DNA of 64,000 nt from an uncultured candidate division Zixibacteria bacterium. GTDB lineage: Bacteria; Zixibacteria; MSB-5A5; GN15; FEB-12. Where the stretch lies: contig CAVTJJ010000002.1 of NCBI GenBank assembly GCA_963735035.1, positions 1 through 64,000 on the forward strand, written 5' to 3'. A program made the translations under genes and the position numbers. The notes beneath the pieces are model-generated. The model searched no databases and had not been told where the DNA came from. It saw only the letters and a list, made by a program, of their open reading frames with translations. Below are positions 51,722 through 60,459 of the stretch, piece after piece; positions within the stretch are counted from its first letter, which is position 1; each line of letters starts with the position of its first letter.

Positions 51722-52990
51722 CTAAACCGTCCCCTCAGAAGGAACAGAGCCGCCGGCAACATCAATATCCCGCGTGCGATGACCGGTGTCGTGCGGCGAC
51801 TCCTCAGGCATCCACGGCGGCAAAAGCTTGGCCAGGCCCCAGAGGATGAACACCGGCAGCAAGAGTAGTGCGACCGCTACCAGTAATCCTTCCACTCCGA
51901 AGAAGCCCAGCTTGTAGGTCGTAAGGCCACGCAGAGATTTCGAGAAGAGCTGCCCACCGATAACCACATTCCAGCGAGTAGCGAAGATACCCACCTGCAC
52001 CAGAACGGCCGCGATCAAATAGAACATTCGGCGCATCTCGTCGGGTATCCGGCCAAAACGGGCAAAGATAAGTGTCAGCACCGGCAGGGCCGAGCCGATC
52101 AAGAGCTGCGTAACGATTAGACTGATAAACAACCGGCTGGAAATCATCTGCGACAGAATCGTTATCGATTCCTCTGATTCGTAAAGCCGGTGAATGAAAT
52201 CCAGCATTTCAAGCGAGAGATCGACAATCATCGCATAGAGCAGCAACTCCGCCAGTTTATTCAGACACGGCATGCTGATACGGCGCCACCGTACAAGCGA
52301 CGTTATCACGTAGACCAGAAGCACCAGCGCGATACCCGAAACAATCGCGGAGAACAGGAACACGATCGGCATCAACACCGAACTCCACCAGGGGTTGGCC
52401 TTCACCGAACCAAAGATAAAGCCGACATAGCCGTGCAACAGAAACGCCGACGGAATCCCCAGGATCGTAATGAACTTGCACACCTTCTGGTCCAGCGCGA
52501 CTGCCTTGTCGGAGATATCCGTAACGCCGAGGGTCAGGGCTTTATAGACATAGCGTATGAACCCCTTCTTCTCCCTCGACCAGATTACGATATCTTTCCG
52601 ATAGTCAAACCAGACTTCCAATAACAGCACTACCATCAGATACCATGCGTAGACGAATCCAAACATCGCCATGGCTGACGACGTGTGAGGCGTCAGGAAC
52701 ATCTCCGGTGAGCGTTCCGGATGGCCCAGGTGCGCCAGAAGCGGCAGCGGGGCGGCGATGAGAAAAGCCAGCGACGTAATCAACGCCAGGCGATAGATTG
52801 GCTGAAGCACCTTAACATTGAATACCTTCTCCAGCGACGCCAGGATAAACGCGCCCGCCACCAATCCGGTCAGGTACGGGTAGAGAACGATATGAATGGA
52901 CCAGTGCAATTCGTATTCGTTGGGAAACACATAACCTTCAGCGCCAGGTATGGCCTGAATGATCATTGTAAGAAGCATTGTCAGGGGCAT
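51722..52990 (-). CDS. NrfD/PsrC-family membrane quinol-interacting subunit
   Basis: YPYLTGLVAG, LAHLGHPER, SSAMAMFG, HGYVGFIF, SAIVSG, RWNVVIGGQ. Confidence 0.88.
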   Translation of the reverse strand: MPLTMLLTMIIQAIPGAEGYVFPNEYELHWSIHIVLYPYLTGLVAGAFILASLEKVFNVKVLQPIYRLALITSLAFLIAAPLPLLAHLGHPERSPEMFLTPHTSSAMAMFGFVYAWYLMVVLLLEVWFDYRKDIVIWSREKKGFIRYVYKALTLGVTDISDKAVALDQKVCKFITILGIPSAFLLHGYVGFIFGSVKANPWWSSVLMPIVFLFSAIVSGIALVLLVYVITSLVRWRRISMPCLNKLAELLLYAMIVDLSLEMLDFIHRLYESEESITILSQMISSRLFISLIVTQLLIGSALPVLTLIFARFGRIPDEMRRMFYLIAAVLVQVGIFATRWNVVIGGQLFSKSLRGLTTYKLGFFGVEGLLVAVALLLLPVFILWGLAKLLPPWMPEESPHDTGHRTRDIDVAGGSVPSEGTV

Positions 52991-52993
52991 GGC

Positions 52994-53788
52994 CTAGATT
53001 ACCTCCCCGTCAGCGCCCGCATAGAACACGTTGGGATCGGTGTTCAAGTAGGGCTTTAGACACGTAATTTCATTGAAACGCAGGAATCGATGCAACGGTG
53101 AGCTCTTGTGACCAACCTCGCCAAATACCCGCGCCTTAGTCGGACAAACTTCCACACAGGCCGGCTGCAAACCTTTCGTGATGCGGTGGTAACAGAACGT
53201 GCACTTGTCGGCTACCTGCTTCTCCGGATGCAGGTAGCGCGCTCCGTAAGGACAGGCCTGGATGCAATAGCGGCAGCCCACACAGTAGGTCTCGTCCACC
53301 AGCACCACCCCGTCCCGGCTCAGGAAAGTCGCCCCGACCGGACAGACTTGAACACAGGGGGCTTTCCGGCAATGATTGCAGAGTTTCGGCACGAAGAACG
53401 ACCGGAGCACGTCGCTGCCTTCGTTCAGCGGCGGGAAACCGTCAATGCCGCCGTTCGGGCTGTCGACTTCGGTTTCCCGGTCTGACGATATGACATAACG
53501 CTCCACCCAGGTTCGAAAGAAATGCGGTTCGCGCGGTACTTTGTTCTCGGTCTTGCAGGCGTCCGCACATCGACCGCACCCTATACACTTGTGAATGTCG
53601 ACCCCCATCGCATAGCTATGCTGAGTGGGGTCGTAACCGGAAGCTTCTTCGCCTTCTACGCCTTCAACGCTGGTCGCTTTCGAGAGCGCAATCAGTGCTA
53701 TTATACTCGGGACCTTGATCGAAACGTTCTTCAGGAAGTCCCGTCGGGCCATTCCCGGCTTGTTATCTTCAGGTTGTTCGTTCTTCAT
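52994..53788 (-). CDS. Tat-exported 4Fe-4S dicluster protein (NrfC/PsrB/TtrB-like)
   Basis: RRDFLK signal; CIGCGRCADAC, CNHCRKAPCVQVCP, CVGCRYCIQACP, DKCTFC. Confidence 0.9.
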   Translation of the reverse strand: MKNEQPEDNKPGMARRDFLKNVSIKVPSIIALIALSKATSVEGVEGEEASGYDPTQHSYAMGVDIHKCIGCGRCADACKTENKVPREPHFFRTWVERYVISSDRETEVDSPNGGIDGFPPLNEGSDVLRSFFVPKLCNHCRKAPCVQVCPVGATFLSRDGVVLVDETYCVGCRYCIQACPYGARYLHPEKQVADKCTFCYHRITKGLQPACVEVCPTKARVFGEVGHKSSPLHRFLRFNEITCLKPYLNTDPNVFYAGADGEVI

Positions 53789-54531
53789 AGATTCGCCTCC
53801 GGATGGTGCGGATAGTGGCAGTCCCAGCAAAGATATCCGACGCCGTGAGTCTGGAAATCGATCGTCGGTGCCTCAAGTTTCCGTCCACCGGTCTTACTGT
53901 GACACTGGGCGCAAGTGCTCGAATTGGTCGGCTTCTCCGCCAGCGCGGTTCGCGGTGACGTGCGGTGTTCGGTCGGTACCACGTGACATTGCGTACAGGC
54001 CAGCATCGCATGCGGGGAAACCATCTTGTCGTTGGCTATCCCGCGATGGCAGGCGTCGCACTCTTCCGGCACATTCGGCGTCGTCGGGTTGTGCGGGTCG
54101 TGGCAGGCAATACACGGACGGCCGGGATTGTGCCGATCCGGCATTATCTGCGGGAAACCCGACGGGCGCGACGGGTTATACCCGTGGCAGATGGGGCACT
54201 GCCCCCGCCCCTGCGGAATGATCGGCTTGGCTTCATCGGGACTCTCGACATGCGCCTCGGCGGGACCGTGACAGGTCTCGCACGCCACACTCTGGTGATG
54301 CCCGCCGGCTTTCAGACTGACCTTATCGTCGTGACAGTCGGCGCAGGCTTTGGCCCCGGCATATACGACCGGGCGGGCGGCGATTTCGTCAACCGCGTCC
54401 GCACGATAGAATCCGTACTTGCCGAACGATGCCGGTACCAGAAAAGCTCTGGCCAGGATCAGCGCGGCGATTGCGATGACGAATATGATCGTCAGGGGAA
54501 CGAACTGTTTAGGGAATTTGCTCCAGAACAT
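53785..54531 (-). CDS. Membrane-anchored octaheme cytochrome c
   Basis: N-terminal TM; eight CxxCH motifs (CADCH, CETCH, CPICH, CIACH, CDACH, CTQCH, CAQCH, CWDCH). Confidence 0.88.
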   Translation of the reverse strand: MFWSKFPKQFVPLTIIFVIAIAALILARAFLVPASFGKYGFYRADAVDEIAARPVVYAGAKACADCHDDKVSLKAGGHHQSVACETCHGPAEAHVESPDEAKPIIPQGRGQCPICHGYNPSRPSGFPQIMPDRHNPGRPCIACHDPHNPTTPNVPEECDACHRGIANDKMVSPHAMLACTQCHVVPTEHRTSPRTALAEKPTNSSTCAQCHSKTGGRKLEAPTIDFQTHGVGYLCWDCHYPHHPEANL

Positions 54532-54740
54532 ATTTCTCTTGCCAACCAGCAAAAATGATGTACCTTTAAGAAAACAACAAAGGCCGCCTTAGTCAAGGTT
54601 CAATATTGAAGAATTAGCCGTCGCCGAAAAAAATTCCAGTTGGAACACTCTGAATTCCCTCCAACCTGAATCCCGGCGCGGAAACATATAGATCGACTAA
54701 TTGAAGCATCTTTCGGACTCCTAACCGGACGGAAAGGAAA

Positions 54741-54893
54741 ATGCCGATGAGTCCCTGGCTTCTTACACTAGTCATAGTCGTGGTTGGCCTCACGCTCGTC
54801 GCAACGGTTCTGGTAGTGCCCTTTCTCATGGACCTGAACCGGCATCGCAAGAGCAAACTCGCGGACCCGCGAGATTCGGAAGGTGCCGGCTAA
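54741..54893 (+). CDS. Putative 50-aa single-TM small protein
   Basis: GGAAAGGA RBS, ATG, MPMSPWLLTLVIVVVGLTLVATVLVVPFLMDLNRHRKSK...*. Confidence 0.5.
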   Translation: MPMSPWLLTLVIVVVGLTLVATVLVVPFLMDLNRHRKSKLADPRDSEGAG

Positions 54894-55235
54894 ACCAGTC
54901 CCGGGCCTCAACCTTCAAGTTCGTCACTTCTTCGACAGAATCCGACTGTCCACATCACACCCTTGAAGGGGCTAGCAGAAGATTACGCCTCCCTTCAAAC
55001 TCTTGTCAATACACAAATCGCTTGCGTCAGAGTAGGAAATTCTCGGGTGGCCCACCCCGCTTGCGGGTGGGATTACCAATAGCAATTTGCTGGTGATAAC
55101 GATTCTACCAGTTCAATGTAGGTCGGTGTTCCGAGGTTCGGCCGCTGGAAGCGGACGAACCGAGAAACCCGACATGGACTGGGTTGGTGAAGAAGGTACA
55201 CCACAGCTTGCTTTGTGGCACTGGGCTGCTCGATC

Positions 55236-55916
55236 TCAGTCCTCTACAACAGTGAACCGGGCAACATTTGATTCTGCCCGACCTAACCAGATATCCGAGA
55301 TACCCTTCGTGTCCTTCCAACAGTAATTCGACAAACATAACTTGATTTCATATGTGCCGGGTGTGACTTGCTGACGATGATCTGCCTCCATGGCCAGGAA
55401 TACATCTATCATTACCGGATACGTCAAGGAGCCATTTGGAGGTATACTGCGCATCTCAAGGTCGTCACAGGGAGACCACGGGCCTTCAACGAACAGTGTC
55501 TTAGGGCAATCGCTCATGTCTTTGCTATCACGCAACAGTCGCAGCAACAAATCAGGGACGTAGGTCTCCTGGCTACACCCACCGATCTTGTCTGCTGTGA
55601 AGAATGGAATAAACAGTTCCCCGTTGGTCGCGTTTCGAAAAGTCAGTCTAATCTTGGGACCTCGAAGAATACTCGACCTTGAAAGATACTCATCCATACC
55701 CCAGTACCATGTGGACTTTATGGTATCGTAGGCGTATATGTCATCGAGGCTGAACAGGCTGTCGCTGATTGTAACCTCGAGACTCAGTCCCTTGTCTGCT
55801 TTGGCAAAGAGCGGCCCGACATATTTAAGAGAATTCGTGCAACAACCGGAGAGCCACACACACGCAAGCAGCAGCGTGCTCTTGGCGACAATACCTGCAA
55901 ATCGAAGAGATCCCAT
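55236..55916 (-). CDS. Hypothetical lipoprotein
   Basis: AAGGAG RBS, signal peptide with LSGC lipobox; no recognised domain. Confidence 0.6.
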   Translation of the reverse strand: MGSLRFAGIVAKSTLLLACVWLSGCCTNSLKYVGPLFAKADKGLSLEVTISDSLFSLDDIYAYDTIKSTWYWGMDEYLSRSSILRGPKIRLTFRNATNGELFIPFFTADKIGGCSQETYVPDLLLRLLRDSKDMSDCPKTLFVEGPWSPCDDLEMRSIPPNGSLTYPVMIDVFLAMEADHRQQVTPGTYEIKLCLSNYCWKDTKGISDIWLGRAESNVARFTVVED

Positions 55917-55962
55917 CTTCAGCTCCTTACTCTCCCACCTGCGAGCAGGTGGGCCACCACCC

Positions 55963-58107
55963 CTACTTCACCGCCGCAAGCGCCTCTTTCGCCGCCGTCA
56001 GCATCGGCTCGGCCGAGATACTCGCCCCCACCGCCCGCTGCATCCAGAGATCGGGCGTGATCGAACCCTGAACACACATCCGCTCCATCTCGGCCCCGAG
56101 ACTATGCGTCTTCAAATACTGCTCAATCTGGAACGCGATAACACAGCCGATCGTGTAGTCCGGTAGATACATCGCCGCGTCGATCATGTGCGAATAGACC
56201 GCCAGAATATCGGCGTCACGAATTCCAAACGCGGTCGCGTAGTACTGATTCCAGATTTCTTTCGCGATTCCGATCACCGCCGTTTTCAATTCGGCCGGTG
56301 TAGCATCCGGGTTATCGTACATCCAGTGCCAGACTTTCATGTCGACCAATGACACCGCCGCGATCTCGCAGGCTCCCCAGTAATCATCGAGATTGCTCAG
56401 GTACCTGGCCTGCGACGCCGTATCCGGGATGCCGAGAAGTTGCAGGTCACGTGCCTGGAAGACGAACGCCAACGCTTCGGTAAACGCCGTGTTCGGCACT
56501 CCGGCCAGCAGCGTGTAGTCGATCTTACAGCCCGAGAACACCTGCTCGACATTGTGCCCCAGCTCATGGCAGGCGATATTGTAGCCTTTGTAGTTCATGC
56601 CGTCTGATTCGACCCGCGTGCGGAGATGCGCTTTGTCTTCGGGACCCGACGGCCCCGCGGCATGTCCTGCGCCGCGCGACGGATCAACCACGATTCTCGC
56701 CGTCACGTACTGTGTCGTGGCGGAATCGAAACCGAGCTGTTTCAGAATCGACGGGATCCCCGCCCAGAACGCCTCGGCATTCGGATACTTTGCCCGCACT
56801 GCGCTATCGAGCACCGCCTGCGGAATCGTGGAGCGCGGTTTGAAACCATCGTACCAGATATCGAACGGCTGCAACAGCCGCCCCAGACGTTTCTGAATCA
56901 ACTTGGCTGTGTTGGCGAGCTCATCCGATGACAGAATGGAAACGCATAGCTTCTCGACTTCCGCCTCGGGCATCTCGCGATCGCGCTCAAAGCGGCGCTG
57001 TATCAAAGTCGGCATCGACGGATAGTACTTATCTGTCTCTAACTGAGCGCGAAATGTGCCGAGCAGCATACGATACCGCGTGTCCAGTTCAGGTGAGTTG
57101 TCTACTCGGTCGCCTTTCTTCCCGGGATTGTTCCAGTCTTTGCGGGCTGGGCCGTCCGACTCCCGCGAAATCGTAACCTCATTCGTGGACATCTTCCAGT
57201 CGACCGCCGGATTGTTGATCACCGCCGCCGGTACTTGCTGACGAATGATCCGGCACATCACGTCGTATATCATCTCCTGTTTCGGCAGGCCGTTCGGATC
57301 GGAGTACCGCGCCTTCAACTCGTCGCGCAGGTTCCAGTGGGTGATCAACCTCAACCCCGCCGGGAATAACCGCTTCCCCCTGGCGTCGAGCAGGTGGTGC
57401 ATCCAGATGTTGTAGTCGCGGATATAATCCCCCGCTGCCTGAAATGCAGCCTGATTGACCTGCGAAACTTCGGGCGGCACCCGCTCGCGATACCGCATAG
57501 CCATGCGAGCCTGCGCCCACTCGTCGCGGTTGAGCGCGGGCGCGAGCTTCAGAAGTTCATCGAGCGAATACAACGGGTAGTTGAGCAGGATGATGAACGC
57601 GATTTTCGTCTGAAACATATCGTCGCTCAGATGCGCATAGGGCGAATAGCGGCCGAGCGCATCGTCGATCGGCAGAATCGGCCCGGTCTCGACATCGAGA
57701 TTGAAACTCAGGTCACGACCCATTTCGCCGAGATGGCCGTCGATGCTCTCGAACGCCTTCTCCAGATGGTTGGCGGTCTGCTGCAACAGGACCGGGTCCG
57801 AGATGTAGTTATCGTGACAGAACGCCGCGAACTCGTCGAGGGATCCGTCGCTCTCACGCCAGCGTTGGGCGACCTGACGCACCCCGCGTTCGAACCGCTC
57901 GGCATTGGGTCTGCCGTGTTCTTCGGTGAATTGGTTGAGCAGTGACTGTATCCGTTCCTCAGGAACAAACGCGGTCTGCGCCATTACCCCGCCGACAATC
58001 GCGATCATGGCGATTGTGAGAAGCATCGCACCGCCGAACCGCCACCCTATGTTTCTATCTGTCGTGTTTAGTTCTCTTGATTTTGAAAGGGACGTCCTTT
58101 GAAGCAT
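55963..58107 (-). CDS. Secreted putative zinc metallopeptidase (gluzincin-like; start may be 58026)
   Basis: Signal peptide; HELGH plus downstream NTAFTEALA third-ligand motif; late YSH...PDY. Confidence 0.65.
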   Translation of the reverse strand: MLQRTSLSKSRELNTTDRNIGWRFGGAMLLTIAMIAIVGGVMAQTAFVPEERIQSLLNQFTEEHGRPNAERFERGVRQVAQRWRESDGSLDEFAAFCHDNYISDPVLLQQTANHLEKAFESIDGHLGEMGRDLSFNLDVETGPILPIDDALGRYSPYAHLSDDMFQTKIAFIILLNYPLYSLDELLKLAPALNRDEWAQARMAMRYRERVPPEVSQVNQAAFQAAGDYIRDYNIWMHHLLDARGKRLFPAGLRLITHWNLRDELKARYSDPNGLPKQEMIYDVMCRIIRQQVPAAVINNPAVDWKMSTNEVTISRESDGPARKDWNNPGKKGDRVDNSPELDTRYRMLLGTFRAQLETDKYYPSMPTLIQRRFERDREMPEAEVEKLCVSILSSDELANTAKLIQKRLGRLLQPFDIWYDGFKPRSTIPQAVLDSAVRAKYPNAEAFWAGIPSILKQLGFDSATTQYVTARIVVDPSRGAGHAAGPSGPEDKAHLRTRVESDGMNYKGYNIACHELGHNVEQVFSGCKIDYTLLAGVPNTAFTEALAFVFQARDLQLLGIPDTASQARYLSNLDDYWGACEIAAVSLVDMKVWHWMYDNPDATPAELKTAVIGIAKEIWNQYYATAFGIRDADILAVYSHMIDAAMYLPDYTIGCVIAFQIEQYLKTHSLGAEMERMCVQGSITPDLWMQRAVGASISAEPMLTAAKEALAAVK

Positions 58108-58182
58108 CTATCACCACCTGGTTTCAATTTGTGGCAATCTAATGCCAAGGACTGCGCGGGAACAACCTGTTTCTGGATACTC

Positions 58183-58356
58183 CGTGCCCGGCAGATGCCC
58201 ACATCTGCCGGTTGACGCGATAGGTACCCCACAGCTTGCTGTGGGTTCGCCCGATAGTGAGAAGGTACTGTAAGTTGTAGGTCAGGCGGACTTGACGCCT
58301 GACATTCCTGCGTAGGTTGCTCAGGACTGAGATATAAGTGTGGGCCTCTGCCGGTC
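58183..58356. repeat. Cluster of REP-like hairpins
   Basis: CCGGCAGATG/CATCTGCCGG, CCCACAGC/GCTGTGGG, GTAG-GTCAGGCG/CGCCTGAC (58277-58303). Confidence 0.6.
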
Positions 58357-58382
58357 TATTAAAGAACGCCAACTCCACTCCC

Positions 58383-58832
58383 CTACTTCATATGCTTGGA
58401 AACCAACTTGGTCATTTCAAACATGCTAACCTTGCTATTGCCACCGAAGACGGCTCTGAGTCTGTCGTCTGCATTAATCATCCGACGATTGACCGGATCC
58501 TGGAGACCATTCTTCTTGATATAGTCCCACAGCTTCTTTGTAACTTCAGTGCGGGGCATCGCCATCTCGCCAACTACAGCCACAAGTTCAGGCGACAGCG
58601 TCATCGGTCTCGTGAAAGCCGGGTTTGGTGTCTTCTTGATCTTAGTCGACGAGCTTGATTCCCCCTTGACACTCTTAGATGGTTCAGCCTCTCCGAGTCC
58701 TTCGGCGCACTTGACGCAACACTTATGTTCCGAATTTCGACACTCAAGACAGTTCAGTTGTCCGCAAATGCGGCATTTGAAGTACTGCTCACCAAGTATC
58801 AGTCCACAATATCCGCAGAATTCCTTATCCAT
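58383..58832 (-). CDS. SWIB/MDM2 domain protein with N-terminal Cys-rich zinc-finger-like region
   Basis: SPELVAVVG..MPRTEVTKKLWDYIKKNGLQD...VSMFEMTKLVSKH; N-terminal CxxC pairs; AAGGAG RBS. Confidence 0.85.
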   Translation of the reverse strand: MDKEFCGYCGLILGEQYFKCRICGQLNCLECRNSEHKCCVKCAEGLGEAEPSKSVKGESSSSTKIKKTPNPAFTRPMTLSPELVAVVGEMAMPRTEVTKKLWDYIKKNGLQDPVNRRMINADDRLRAVFGGNSKVSMFEMTKLVSKHMK

Positions 58833-58929
58833 TAATTGCTCTCCTTGAATTAGTTTGGACGGATCAGTATCGTGTCGTTCTTCCTCAAACTTGTGACGTT
58901 AATGATGGAAAATATCGAAACAATCTCAA

Positions 58930-59038
58930 CCCAACGCAAGCGTTGGGGCACCCGGCGGATGGGCCACCGAGCGATTATTCTCCCACCCGAGGGGTGGGCC
59001 ACCAGGTATTTATTCTCCACCATAAATGGTGGGCCGCC
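58930..59038. repeat. Tandem cluster of CCCACC..GGTGGGCCACC REP-like hairpins
   Basis: Three hairpins (58930, 58982, 59017); same family at 51656, 55046 (inverted) and 55934. Confidence 0.75.
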
Positions 59039-59051
59039 CCAATCATGCCAA

Positions 59052-60272
59052 TTACACCACTGCGCGTACGCGCACACGCGTACGAATGACTTTCGCCAAA
59101 CGTTCGATCCCCTCCACAATTTGCACTTCAGTCGGATACGAGAAGTTCAGCCGCATCTCGTTACGCCCCGAACCGTCAGCATAGAAACCGGCGCCGATCA
59201 CATACGCCACTTTCATCTCCACCGCCGCATGAATCATCTCCACCGCATCCATATTCTCCGGCAACGTCACCCAGAGAAACATCCCGCCATCCGGCTTGGA
59301 CCAGGTCAATCCATCGATACCCGTGAGATTTGCGTCGAGCGCCTTCAACATCACACTCACTTTACGAGCATAGAGTTCCTTGCTCACCTGAATCTGCTTC
59401 TCGACCATGCCGTCCTTTAGAAGATGCGCGCACAGGATCGACGAAAACGCCGACGTGCACAAGTCGGTCCCCTGCTTGGCCATGATAAGTTTGTCGAGAA
59501 CTTCGGGCGGAGCGACAACCCAGCCTAGTCTGAAACCGGGCGAGAAAATCTTCGAAAACGTCTTCAGTTGGATCACCCGATTGTCCGAATCGAGCGAACG
59601 CAACGACGGCAGCAATTCACCCTTGAACCGAAGTTCCCGATAGGGACTGTCCTCGATTATGGGAAGATCGAAGCGAGCCGCAAGTTGAAGCACTTTCTTC
59701 CGCCGTTCGAGCGAGAGGTTACGCCCCGACGGATTCTGAAAATCGGGAATGAGATAGATGAACTTCGGCTTGCGACCCTCCGTCGTGAGTTGATCCAAAG
59801 TCAACTCCAGCTCGTCGGGAATAATGCCATCGGCGTCCATGGACACGCCGTGGAAATCGGCCCCAAACGCACGGAACGCCTGAATCGTGCCGACATAGCT
59901 GGGCCGCTCGATTATGATCGGGTCGCCAACATCAATGAAGATCTTTGAGAGCAGATCGAGCGCCTGCTGCGACGAAGCCACCACAATAATCTCCTCGGGC
60001 GCCACTTTCTCGCCCTGCCGCGCCGTGAAAGCGGCAATCTGTTCTCTGAGAAACGGCTCGCCCTCGGTCGGGCTATATTGCAGCGCGAGCCTGCCGTTTT
60101 CGCGCACTGCCTTGACCGCGGCCGCCTCGACCGCCTCGTAGGGAAATATCGCCGGATCGGGCAGCCCACCCGCAAAAGAGATGGTCCCCGGGGTACGGGT
60201 CAGTTTGAGAAGTTCTCTGATTTCACTTCGCCTGAGCCGACTGGCCATCGTAGAAAATCGAAAATCTGTCAT
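59052..60272 (-). CDS. PLP-dependent class I aminotransferase (LysN/ARO8-like)
   Basis: SEIRELLK, ISFAGGLP, PDFQNPSG, IEDSPY, TFSKIFSPGFRLGW, RLNFS. Confidence 0.9.
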   Translation of the reverse strand: MTDFRFSTMASRLRRSEIRELLKLTRTPGTISFAGGLPDPAIFPYEAVEAAAVKAVRENGRLALQYSPTEGEPFLREQIAAFTARQGEKVAPEEIIVVASSQQALDLLSKIFIDVGDPIIIERPSYVGTIQAFRAFGADFHGVSMDADGIIPDELELTLDQLTTEGRKPKFIYLIPDFQNPSGRNLSLERRKKVLQLAARFDLPIIEDSPYRELRFKGELLPSLRSLDSDNRVIQLKTFSKIFSPGFRLGWVVAPPEVLDKLIMAKQGTDLCTSAFSSILCAHLLKDGMVEKQIQVSKELYARKVSVMLKALDANLTGIDGLTWSKPDGGMFLWVTLPENMDAVEMIHAAVEMKVAYVIGAGFYADGSGRNEMRLNFSYPTEVQIVEGIERLAKVIRTRVRVRAVV

Positions 60273-60459
60273 TGCCGGACTCCAATTTCAATTCACAAAC
60301 CACATTTGTCTTGACTCATATGATACAGTACATTATCTATTACAATATTGTTACAGTTTTGTTGTAACTATGACAATAAACCTGTCAACGACGAAACAAA
60401 ACCAGCCATGGCGTCGTATGACAAACATAATATGCTCTACAAGAACGGATTGAATTGTC
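60273..60459. promoter_or_regulatory. Divergent AT-rich promoter region with repeated TGACAA/TTGTCA and ACAAT motifs (candidate MocR operator)
   Basis: TATGACAA at ~60369 and ~60417, ATTGTCAT at ~60454, between aminotransferase and MocR regulator. Confidence 0.45.

Noticed and set aside
59052..60272. LysN-like aminotransferase completing the aminoadipate pathway of the Pyl cluster
   Set aside because: It lies in segment C, which appears to come from a different organism.
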